From positions 369,090 through 433,089 of the forward strand of contig BFEA01000030.1 in the NCBI GenBank assembly GCA_003427395.1: a stretch of 64,000 nucleotides of DNA, read 5' to 3'. The notes under the pieces are model-generated. The model was not told the DNA's origin. It worked only from the letters and a program-made list of their open reading frames with translations, and did no database searches. How positions within the stretch are numbered: position 1 is the first letter of the stretch; each line of letters starts with the position of its first letter. The position numbers were made by a program, and so were the translations under genes. Source of the DNA: Chara braunii (Eukaryota > Plantae > Charophyceae). This document shows, in pieces, positions 42,301 to 54,368 of this stretch.

Positions 42301-45300
42301 GGGTTTTGTTATCATCGATACACACTTTCCGCCATATTCGTTGTTATTGCCTTTTAACGAGCTGATCGTCGTCCCATGGGCGGCAGTGGAGCCTCATTGG
42401 CCTAATACTCTGTGCAGCGATTGTCGCCTCATCGAGCGTTATCAGACCAAGAGGTTTCACTATCGCACACACGGCGAGGACGAACATAAGGAAAAGGCCA
42501 CTCGATTGAGGCCCTCCACGTCGGACTCGGAGTTGTGTAGCGAGCGCCGACGCGACCTCATCCGAAAACGAGATACCACGTGTGTACCCGCCCCCTTTCA
42601 CGCAAAACGAAGGGCGACAGCTCGTTGGGAAGTCCAGCGATACTTTTTGGACTGAATTTCCCATAGCTGCGAGTCCCGCACTTCAGCATGAGTAGAAGCA
42701 GCTACAACTTCTACTGGCTAGATGTGTTTTCGTGGGTCGTGCTCGTAGAAGCACCTCACTGGGCGAAAGATCGCTCAAAACCACCTTTGGGAGGATTCTT
42801 CTGAGAAACTTTCGTGTTCTTGCATCTAAACTGTTGATGGCCATATTAGCCGCAGTTGATGCAAGCTCCTCGCCAGTAGCGGTCTCTCCACACATCCTGA
42901 TCCAGGCCAGCCCTTACCCAAGTCGGAGTCTTGTTTGAGTTTTGAGCCTGACCCTGGCTCTTTTGCTGGCCGCCCTTGCCACAACCAACAGCCTTTCCTT
43001 TTGTCACTGCAGCGAGGTTCCCACCCTCTCCAATCTCCTCACTGCCTAACTCTTTTTCTTCCACAACACCAGAGAGGTCATCGATCTCGGTTTGATTCCC
43101 ATCGGAATCAACCATCATCAAACGACCACCCTTCCCCTTCCACTCTTGCGAAACCTTCATCTTCCTACCATCCGTTACAGGTTGATGAGCTCCTCTTATC
43201 TTAGCCTCTAAATCTAAGGCCTTCTTGCTAAACGAGTCAAGAGTGTGCAATTCGATGCTGCTCTCACTGACCATTAAGTTCTTGATGTCTGTGGGAAGAC
43301 ATCTTAGGAACATGGTCAAGAGGACCTGTGGATCATAGCAGACACCCGGGACGCAAATGAGTTTTTCAACGGCTGTGGTGAACTCTCGTGCCGACTTGTA
43401 CTTTTTAGTATCAAGCCGGGCCAACGCGTCAGTGGCCTGCTGGGCCTGTTGAGGGTTGTGCCAGCGCGTCTCAACCAACTCCATGAAACTCTCTAAGGTA
43501 TGGGTATGTGCCCAATCATTCATTCGCCTGCCGAAACCCTTTGACATTATATTACATCTAGCCATCTCGTTGCCGAACCCTCAAGATATGAGGCGACAGT
43601 GATCACCTCTTCCTCACGCAACATCCTCTTTGCCCTAACCCATACTGCAACCGTTCTCAACCAGGTGTCAAGTGCCTCATCCTTCTTATCACCAGAGAAG
43701 GTCTAAGGGGGTTTCAGTGGAGTCTTGGGGTACCAAGGCTACTGTGGTCCCATCTGTGGGACCGGCTGCTGCCCCGTAGTTGCAGCTGATGGACTTGAGG
43801 ATGAAGAAGCAATAGTCTGTGCTGCTGTTGCTGACGTACCACCTGGTATGATATCAAACTGTGGAACAAAAGGGCCTGTCATCGTCGGTAATGGAACTGC
43901 CAATGGAAAAACTGCCGCTAGGTGTGGAGGGAAGTGGTCCTCCCCTCCCCTCCACGGCCTTCAGTATTTGGTCAAGGGTTGACTGGATGTCATCCAGTCT
44001 ACTGTCAAGGTACTCATTTAGTACCAGCAGATTCGCCCGAACGATCTTTCCTGCATCATCCAGGCTGGAATCATTCAACCCTTCTAATGCAGCTTTGTCT
44101 GGTGCTCTGCTCTCTGATCTAGCTTTTCGATTTCTAATCTTATCTTCTCTGTCGGTAGCATCCCTAATTTGCTTCTCTAACTGTAAGCAGAGTAGCTCTA
44201 CTCGCTGGAGTGCTAACTCCTCCCTAGTGGGCGGAGGTGGCTGGCTGTACTGCGAGCCTGCCATGATGCCATCTGACTGGAGGATGGTTCTACACCCCAC
44301 TAGATGAGACAAAGGACATAGCGAAGGATCCTGAGGTCGCTGCAGAAGTTGCCATAGCTTCAGCACTAGACGTTGCTGCCGCTAACACACGTTCCGCAGC
44401 TGCTGCTGCCTCCTTAGCTGTCCGCAAACGCTGGGCCCTTGCTTCGGCCCGGAACCTCCTCTCCTCCCCAGGTAGCAGAACCTGAAACACTACCAGAATC
44501 CTGTGCGTATCCCGACGTGTCTGCCTCCTATCATCAGCTGTACCTTCCCCACTATCTATACCCCTCATCAGCTAAGCAGATCACTATCTGCACTAGTGCC
44601 CTCACTGGAGCCTACGACAACATGTCTCACCGATTTGTAAAATAAAGAAAAATAAACATTCGGCAAGTGGTGTCGACAATGTATAGACTGACTAGGCAAA
44701 TGATCTACTCCTACTTTAATTAGCTCTGTCACAACAACTATATATAGAACAGGCAATGGTAGACTACTACTGTTTTACTCTGTAGCTGTCTATTAGGTGT
44801 ACGGGAGTCACAAAAATGAGCTATAAATGCACTATGGGCCAAGGTACGTTTCAAAGTGCAGTTCGGGCGATGTATACAACCCAGCTTTCTGGCCAGGTAA
44901 GGTGCCCGAAGTGCAATTGCAAACTGTATCTTGCCCCATAGTGCAATTGTAACTCGTTTTTCAACGGTTTTTGTGACTCTACTGAAGTTAGCCCAAAAAT
45001 AAATCAATTGTGCAGATGTATGCAGAAATCGAAATAATATGGAATGTGTTCGAACACCAATTGGAACCTTCCCTCCCCTGTATCCAACGATCTTGATTGC
45101 ATCATCAAGCAGCGGTGTCTATGGTGTGCGCAACAGCCCACCCCTGTGCCCAGGAATCCGCTTATGACCAGTTCTGCCCCTTTATTTATCCTCACGTGCA
45201 ACGAGCCTTATGAGGGGATTTGACCCCTCGGCAGCGCTGGGAAAGGCCTTGCCCACGCTAAGTGAAGTTGGGCCTGCCAATATGTGCCAAGGCCTGGGTG

Positions 45301-48300
45301 GAGGCCAGTGTGATCACCCTAAAGGGGTCGTATATGTGCGAGGAATCGGGCCCTTAACAGACATGCACATGTTCTGGGCAGAGGCCTTCAGCAAGCCTTG
45401 TGCCCGCCCTAAGTGAAGGCGGGCCTGAATATTCACAAGAGGCCAAGATTTGACATTTTTCCATATGTGGGTATCAGACAGTTGCAGCATGCCAGTTGGT
45501 TACAGAGCAACGTGAGCCTCTCCAGGCTCTTTCCGGAAGTTGCAGCCGCAACGGGCAGTTGAGCCCAGGGGCCCGTACAGTTAAGGGTGTGTGCTTTCAG
45601 AGGCCGACACATCATACAACAGCCACAGACCAATGAGATTGCAGCATTGTCGGCACACAGTGGCTGTGAGCCAATGAGATCACAGCGAACATTTGGAGGC
45701 CCGTGGGCTGCCTGGACGTGCCCAACTGTAAAGGGCCCAGGCCCGTAACTGCAACTGGGCCTGGACGCAGGCATTGTGGCCCGACTGGAAGCTACTGGAT
45801 GCTCGCCCAGCCAGGCCCAGAAGCAGCAGAGGCTGAGCTCACTTTCCATATAGGAAAGTCAGCATCGCTGGGCGGGGCATTCTGGCCTAGGCAGGCAATG
45901 CAGCCATGTTGCTGCGTTGCAACTTCGTGTTTTGCACGAAGCTGCCGGCTGGGTCGCGCGCACGGGCGCTGGGGTGTGAGGTGCACTGCTGGGCAGTGGA
46001 GGCACGGCAGCCATAGCCGGGCTGCTGGGCGCAGGTCTGGATGGCGATGGTGGTCTTTGGGTGTTGAGAATGCACACTGTGGGAAGTCAGGGGTGATGAG
46101 GAGAGACGAGATACATACCTGGTGCATGAGGGAGGTCAGCTATGGTGTTGACGTCATGTACATCGGTCTTCAAGGTCGAAGTGAGCCTGTTGCGTAAACG
46201 CTGGTGTAGTAGGATAGGCGAGTAGTCTAGGCTGGGCGCTGGGCGCCAGACAGAGTAGGAGCAACATTGGATACGGTGTTGGTGTTGCCTGAGGGTTTGG
46301 ACATTGGCTCGTGAGTTCATTGTATTGCTCTTATCTGGATGGAATCTCGGTGCATTTGCGCTCTCTGCTTGTACATGATTACTTGGACATCCGTGTGATT
46401 TCGCAACTTGGTTTTCTGTATATCGCTCTTGCTCATATTCCTTGCACTTACTTCCAATGACCTAGCTGATCAAGAGGCAATTTAAGGACAGCCCCCCAAG
46501 TCCTCAGGAATTATTCAACGTCGCAGACAGGGCAACAATCACAGCCAGGTATCACATTCCCGCCAGAGGTTCTTTATAGACGGTCTGGTACATGTCTCGC
46601 ATAGGACTGGCCAGTGCACGTTCCGTCTACAGCGCAGCAAGAGCTCAAAGGCACTGCCCTCTCCTGCCAGATGCGCCATTAGGAAGAATGTCGACTCTCA
46701 AGGTAGAGTGCTCTGTTATGATCCTGGCCAATTTCGAAGTACACATTCATGAGAAAGTACAATGCCGTCAAATTGCAAAACGAATGAATGAACTTGAGAG
46801 GAGAGAGAGGGAAAGAAGAAGAAGAAGAAGAAAGAAAGAAGGAGAAGATGATGTACACCAACAGAGACCAATGATGATGCTCTTCTTCGCCAACCACTCT
46901 CCTCCTCCTTATCTCCTCCTTTCTTATTTACACAAGAAATAATAATAATAATGTTGAATGGCTGAACCAGAATCAATGTCCGAATCCCTCCTCTACTGCA
47001 GGTATCACATGGAGTCCACCATAGCCATGGCCGCCCTTCTTCCTCTTCCTCCAAGGCCGAGGCTATGGCGGACTACCAGGGCATCGCCCTGCTGTGCAAA
47101 GGACAACACAAACAAGCTATGGCTGTTCTAGCTCAGGCCGCCATGCCTGACTCTGCCTCGAAGCTTCTTGGTGCAGCTCTACCCCAACTGGGGCCTTCCT
47201 GCTGCAGTGCCCACCAAGGTGATGAAGATGGCAACCACCATAGCCAGGTAAGACCTCTGGCTCTCCCCCTTCCTAGTCCTGGTCTTCTTCCTCCTCCTGT
47301 CCTTGCTCCTTCCCCAGCAGTGCAGCTCTGCGCTAGCGCTGCTCCAGCCAGCGCTCCAATCAGTGTGTCGCCAAACTTGCACACCGACAATGAGGAGCAT
47401 TTTGCTCCTCCTGGAGATATTTCGGCCTGCTTGCGTCTTGGCGAGTGACTTCCTAGGCTGCACGGCCTCCAGGCAACCGCTACCTCCTCCCTTTCGGAGG
47501 GAAATATCACTGCAGACTCTGATATTGCCCGTACAGGCCCTAAACTCAGACTGGTTGGACTGGTACCCGCCTAGACCTAGCCTACAACTACTGGGCCTCT
47601 AAAAATGCAAACTTTTGTCTTCTTCTGCTCGGTCTCGAGTATCCAACACATCTACCTCTACTTGGTGTGGACCGGCCTACCTCCAACTTGAGTGTTTTCC
47701 GCTGCTCTAAGTGTCACGGGCCTCTTTCCCCGCCACTTGAGTGTTTTCCCCGCTGCAACCCTCAATGTCATGGCCACAGGTAAGTACTGCCCCTTCGGGC
47801 CTTCTGAACGAACAAGTGCCCTTGTGGGTCACACACACACTCAAGCCGACAAGCACTCAGACAGGCATGCAGACCAGCAAGCATGCACCCACACAGACTT
47901 CGAAAACTCAGCAACAAGCGGGAAACTCAGCAAGGCATACATTCCATGAGCAAAACTCAGAAATCAGCTGTGTGTCTCACTCCGTGTTTGGCAGGTCATT
48001 ACAGCTCACGACTCCTGAACCAGAAGTCGACACTCAAGTTGAGCTCACTTCCTCACGGTAAGAAGAGATTGAGATGGGAAGATAAGGATGGGAACAACGT
48101 ACCTGAAGATAACTGCCCCCAACCACAGATTTCTCACCAATTGAGCCGAAGTGCATTTTTATGACCGGTCATAGCCTCGGTACCACACACAATGCAATGG
48201 AGTGCCACCTCAGCCAAAATGCAATGTCAGCATTTTCTCATCATTCCGCATACACCCGCTGTCGCCACAGCTCTCACGCTGTCGCCACAGCCTAGCCGGC

Positions 48301-51300
48301 ACCACTGACAGTTGAACTGAGGCTTCCACGTGGCATGAGTCGTGGACCAGGGAAGCACTGTTAAGTCCATATAAGGCAAGATCAGCGACGGAGAAGCGGA
48401 GCGATCAATCAAAACGAACCTCATTCCCCCTATATGACATGCCTTCGACGGGTTATAAAAGTGAACCTGATCGGTCCGCAATAGCACCCTTCGCACACCT
48501 GCATCATAGTAGGGACCGTCCTCGTATGTGATCGAACACAAGTTTCCTAGCCGGCACCACTGACAGTTAAACTGAGGCTTCCACGTGGCATGAGCCGTGG
48601 ACCAGGGAAGCACCGTTAAGTCCGTATAAGGCAAGATCAGCGACGGAGAAGCGGAGCGATCAATCAAAACGAACCTCATTCCCCCTATATGACACACCTT
48701 TGATGGGTTATAAAAGTGAACCCGATCGGTCTGTGATTGCGGCCTTCACACATTCACATCACAGTAGGGGTCGTCCTCGTCTGTGATTGGAAACGGAGGA
48801 AGGTTGCTATGGCAGATCAATGAAAGGCTCGAGCACGGGCAGTTACACGTGCTCACGTTCAGAGTGGCGAACCTCGACTCCATTCAAGTCTCAACTTGTC
48901 CCGGACCACCCAATCCCACTGTCAAAATGCAAGCGAATAGTCGTGACGACTCCAACCAAAATTGTCACCTTGTCAAAACGGCAATGGCCGGCAGGCAGGG
49001 AGATGGAGTGGAGCGACTGAGTCCCCACACACCATGTCCCTGGGCGCTCGCCAGACGCCCGGGTGGACTGAGAAATCGACACGTGGCGCTTGTGCGCGGG
49101 GAGGAAAATAAAGTCGACGACGATCTCGCACGTGCGCTAAGCACGGGGGCCGGCAGTTAGTCGGGGAACAGAGGGCATCAGCACACATGCACGCAGGCAG
49201 ACGTCCAAGACCCAATTACCCCAGGGCCGCACTCATGTGCGCAAATGCAACAAAGACAATTACCCAGTCTTTCCACATTCATACATCCACAGACCTTCTG
49301 ACGGCAAAGTATTCAGCATCCATAGACACTCACAACCAAAGCATGCACGCGCTTGAGTATCCACGCTTAGTCTTTAGCGCACACAACCAATGGACAAAGC
49401 AGCGATGGAGAAGAAGCGAGTCCCTCGCTATTCAAAAATCACAACAATGCTGGCACTCCGTGTGCACAGCCACCAAACCCGACCGAACGCAAGCCAGCCA
49501 TAGTCATAAGGCCCTGCCGCTGGCGGCATTCCCGTCTCCAACACCGCTCAGTCCCTCCGACTGCCTTACCCCGAGTCTACTGCTAATTCCACCCCACCCG
49601 TCCTTGGGCACATCTAGCCTGTTCGGCGCCGCAGTCTTCGTGTGCAGCTCGTGCAGCATTGCAGCCGAGATCAAAGAGTTGGAGAGGAAAGGGCGGCGCA
49701 AATTTATAGTGTGCCGCAGCGAACCAGCGTGCAATGCGGGTAGCGAGGGGTGTAGATGAGGAGGAGAGAAGAGGAAGGTTCCAGAAGACTGAAGAAGGCG
49801 GGATGATCAAAATTTTCGTTCACTTGGGGTGGTCGTTTAAGCCGCGCACGTAAGTCCGCCCTTGCGGCTTGATCCGACCAACCCAACTGACCACCAGTCA
49901 ACGGCGACGAAGAATCAAGGAGGGGATCAGACTAAGGGTCTGGCGGAAGACGAACAGGTGCGCGGAAACGAGGACAGCAAGAAAGGGAGTTGGCGTGCAT
50001 GCACAAAGCGGGAAGCGAGCTTGCGTGGCAAGCAAGAATTCAAAAATGGTCCCGTGTGTGCCTGCTGATGCAAAGAAAAATTAAAAATGCAGTCAACCAA
50101 AATTCATAACCGTTTCTTGAAATTACCGCGCGGTCGTTAGTCGGCTGCGCAAGGACAAGGGCAAATCCAAAAGATGCATGCAGATGCCCCTCCGAAATTC
50201 AAAACGGACCCCATTTCTGTGGCCATCCAAGATTCGTACTTCGGGGCTTACTCCGGGGTTTAATATGAAGGGTACGTAGAGCTCCTAGGTACGGACCTTG
50301 GCTTATCACAAGCAGTGATGGGAGCTGATTGTCAAGCACGCCCTCCCCACCAGCTTTCGACATAGGCCGAGAGGAATACCTGACTATGGGCCCTGGTGTA
50401 GTCACGGGCCGAAAGGAATAAGTGAGTACGGGCCTGAAGAGAGAGAGAGATGAAAGATGTGACTATGGGCTCAGAGGAATACAAGCTTGGAGAAATACAT
50501 GCCAATCACGGGCCGGATGACGATGTCTTCACCCTGGGAAACGGGGGAGCGAAGGAACGTTGATCCTAACCCCTGAATTCAGTGGGGGTCAGATCGACGT
50601 CCTGAATGCAGCAAGGGCTCTTGACCTTTGCATCCCTGTTCCCTTTCCCACCTCTTGTTAATCTTCAAGCTGGCCCATGATCGCATGATTGAAAGGTGAC
50701 CAAAGAATCAACGACATTCTGCCTTTTTGGCTGAGAACAAAACTGAAATGCCTGGGAGAAGTCTAGATGCCTCGTACTTTTTTCAAGGCGATTCCGACAG
50801 AAGAAGTCCGCACCTCCACCAAGCTAGAAGCAACGACGAGGATTGGAGTGATTGCAGCCATATGTGAACCCTTGGGGCAGCGGGACATCTTCTGTGTACT
50901 AACAATGTCAATTGGAAACTGCGAGGAAGTCTTGCGGCAGTTTTGAGGATCCAAAATCCAGAAGAACTCTCATGGGCACTTGCCAAAACGGCTGGGAGGG
51001 AAGCCCAAACGGAGGCCCTCCTTCCACACGGGATGTATGTGACGGTGACTAAGGACGACATACAGTACAAGGGTCAAATTGCGAATGCGCCCATACGGGA
51101 TGGCGGAGTTCACTACCCTTGGGATGCCATGATCTGAGACGTCCGAGCCTATATTGTTCTGCTGGGAATTCTGTGGCAGGTGGCAATCAGAGCACGTTGC
51201 ATTTCAACAGTGGACAAATGGTTCTGACCGTTACCCACCCCTCCCCTCAAACAATCCCAATGCGGATTGCAATCCGGATGAGGATGCGCATCAATCTCCT

Positions 51301-54300
51301 GACCTGTTTGAACGAAGAATCGAGATGTTCAGCTTGAAGGAACATCCTAAGGACAAAGCAGCGCTGAATCGGGACGGATTGCCAAACGAGTTTGAACGGG
51401 AATGACCTGTGAGGCATCCACATATATGCCGGCAAGATCATGACGACCTGATGGCACCTTAGGGGCCTGCATGGTTGGCCAGATTCGAATGAGGATGGCG
51501 CCGAATGAACTAGCCAATCATGTCATGAAGGTGTGATGGGAGCCCGCATGGCTGGCCAGATTTGAATCGTTCATTGCCGTAGAACCAATGGTTCATGTTT
51601 CAGGAATGGTCGCGATGTCCTTGTATGGGCTCACTGTGCCACTCGGCGAATAGTTCTTTGTTTTACAATGGTTATGTGATGTGGCACACTCCCCTCTTTG
51701 ACCTTTGTTAGTTATCGAAAAGGCATCTGGTTGGTCCAGGCTGGAATTGCATTTCCACCCTAGGACACTGACAAGGGAATGCGAGCCCATGGAGCTCCTA
51801 GTGGGACTCTCGGCCTAATCTATACTGTCTGATCAAGAGATCGTTGCCTTGGGAGGGATCAGTCCCAATGATAGTGACAGCGTTCTTGTGAAGGTCTGAC
51901 AAATTCTTCTTTGAAGTGCTTCCCAAGAAGCTCGATGTCCCATTAATCCCACTGATGGTCCACTTTCTGCAAGGAAATGCGGGGGTCCGAGTGCCTGCTT
52001 ACCTACCGACAAAATCTCATGAACTTCTTGTCGGCGTTTTACACGCCTACCCAGAAGCCATCAGTCTTCGCTTCCACGAAAGGGATCAGTACGTCGGATA
52101 GTCAGATGATAACGACAACAGTCTCCTGGAGGTCTGACAATTCCTTATCTGAAAGGTCCCCCAGATGAGCCGGATGTCTGACTAATCCTACTGATTATCC
52201 ACTTTTAGGAAAGTGGAGGTCTGGATGCCCGCTTACATACCGACAGCAGCTTTCAAACTTATTGTTGGCATTTTACAAGCATATCCAGAATCCATCAATA
52301 TTCATGATCATGCCATTGGCCTGACATCCCTTCTGGAGCACACAATCGAGATGGGTACCGTTGCTGCCTAAAGGACTGACAGATGGCACTCAAACGAGTT
52401 TGTGAGGTCGAGCAGCTAGAATGGACTGAACCATCGTAGGGTCTGTGGTCTTTCTAGTGGTCTTGCTTCCAAAGAAAAATGGTGAAATTCTAATTTATAT
52501 CAACTACTGGAAATTGAATGCCATCACAGCCCCAGTCGCAGTCGCAGTCCACCTTGTCTAGTCAGCAAAGTATAGTCCAGTCCCAGTCGCAGTCCCAGTC
52601 CCAGTCCCAGTCCACCTTGTCTAGTCAGCAAGTACCAGGTGGGGCTGCACACTCCTTGGGCCCGGGACAGGGGGCAGGCCAAGACCACCGACGAAACTGT
52701 ATAAATAAAGAGGCAGCGCCAAGCCATTCATGCATTCGCCTGCGAGCCATGCGGACGCGCTGCTTGTCCGACTTGTGCATCGGAGGTCTGCAGGTGCCCG
52801 GCCATAGCCGCTAGAGGAGAGAGGAAGACGACGGCAGCCATAGCTGCTAGCTTTGTTGACGACAACAGTAGTGTGCATGTGTGTGCGTAGACGTTCAGGG
52901 TAGATCCTAGTGTGTGTGTGCATGCGTGTGAGTGAGCGTGAGTGTGCCTGATGGTAGATACAGCGTTCGGGTGGAAATTCAGATTGGCGCTCAGACGCCA
53001 TAGCTGCAAGATGTGACAAGTTGACTTAAGCTGAGTTACGGCTGAAGGGCATATTTCTGAGTTTTCTGTGTGGGCGCTCTGCGCCATCTCACTCTTGATG
53101 CTGATTCTACAGCGTGAAAGTTATTTTGCCATCGACACCTGTATGCATGCATGTTATAAGTAAAGTTGAAGACGAGTCTGATTGCAAGTCAAGATTTTTT
53201 TTTTAAAGAAATAGCATGCTTTATTTAAGTTTATTATATATGGAGCAAAAGAGGGCTGGGAATCCCTCCACATCTCAACCCGGAAGACTGGGGCCATTAC
53301 CCAGGTTTGGCTTTTGCTGGAACCCGGGTCCAGTTACCTTCTCTCCTACGATGCTTCATGCTATTCTGAAACAAAGAGTAAAACCATACTTGCGGCGCAC
53401 AGCACCGGTGCGCGCTGCCCTGCGCTATGTGCCGGGCGAAGCGCACATGCGCACGCGCGTGCAGGCATGCACACCCGCATGCGGGTTGGGCTGGGGCAGG
53501 TGCGCTGGATGCGCTTTTCTTTTTTTTTTTTTTTGGGGAAAAAGTTGGAAAAAAAAAAGCTGGTGATGGCGCAATGCAACTTACGAACAGCGATCGAATG
53601 ATGTGCAGAGGGACTGATCTTCCTCTCCCCANNNNNNNNNNNNNNNNNNNNNNNNNNNNNNNNNNNNNNNNNNNNNNNNNNNNNNNNNNNNNNNNNNNNN
53701 NNNNNNNNNNNNNNNNNNNNNNNNNNNNNNNNNNNNNNNNNNNNNNNNNNNNNNNNNNNNNNNNNNNNNNNNNNNNNNNNNNNNNNNNNNNNNNNNNNNN
53801 NNNNNNNNNNNNNNNNNNNNNNNNNNNNNNNNNNNNNNNNNNNNNNNNNNNNNNNNNNNNNNNNNNNNNNNNNNNNNNNNNNNNNNNNNNNNNNNNNNNN
53901 NNNNNNNNNNNNNNNNNNNNNNNNNNNNNNNNNNNNNNNNNNNNNNNNNNNNNNNNNNNNNNNNNNNNNNNNNNNNNNNNNNNNNNNNNNNNNNNNNNNN
54001 NNNNNNNNNNNNNNNNNNNNNNNNNNNNNNNNNNNNNNNNNNNNNNNNNNNNNNNNNNNNNNNNNNNNNNNNNNNNNNNNNNNNNNNNNNNNNNNNNNNN
54101 NNNNNNNNNNNNNNNNNNNNNNNNNNNNNNNNNNNNNNNNNNNNNNNNNNNNNNNNNNNNNNNNNNNNNNNNNNNNNNNNNNNNNNNNNNNNNNNNNNNN
54201 NNNNNNNNNNNNNNNNNNNNNNNNNNNNNNNNNNNNNNNNNNNNNNNNNNNNNNNNNNNNNNNNNNNNNNNNNNNNNNNNNNNNNNNNNNNNNNNNNNNN

Positions 54301-54316
54301 NNNNNNNNNNNNNNNN

Positions 54317-54368
<52 letters not shown>

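Larger units (their letters stand above)
30461..42680 (+). mobile_element. Nested Ty3/gypsy LTR retrotransposon with ~2.2-kb LTRs (degraded)
   Basis: Direct repeats at 30461-32734 and 40512-42680; PBS; gag with [14 protein letters not shown]; protease LVNTGS; RT ([13 protein letters not shown]); RNase H (VTDWQ, DHEPL, NADGL); partial integrase (TDNGSEF, SNGLAE). Confidence 0.92.
26125..44622 (-). mobile_element. Degraded chromodomain-bearing Ty3/gypsy LTR retrotransposon (outer element), interrupted at 30461-42680
   Basis: Gag at 44366-42846 (CINCG..GH...C knuckle), protease about 30460-30175, RT 29766-29254 ([13 protein letters not shown]), RNase H 29043-28600 (TDASQYGIG), integrase (MDFM, SDRD, GQAEQMN, GPWEV), chromodomain about 27230-27000, PPT 26955-26967, then 3' LTR starting TGCGAGG. 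Confidence 0.9.

Noticed and set aside
26125-46446. About 1-kb inverted repeats (26.1-26.95 kb versus 45.3-46.3 kb) that seem to flank the gypsy block like giant TIRs
   Set aside because: The copies are clearly diverged. The right one is a solo LTR with its own CTTA TSD and the left follows a PPT, so they are independent LTRs of one family.
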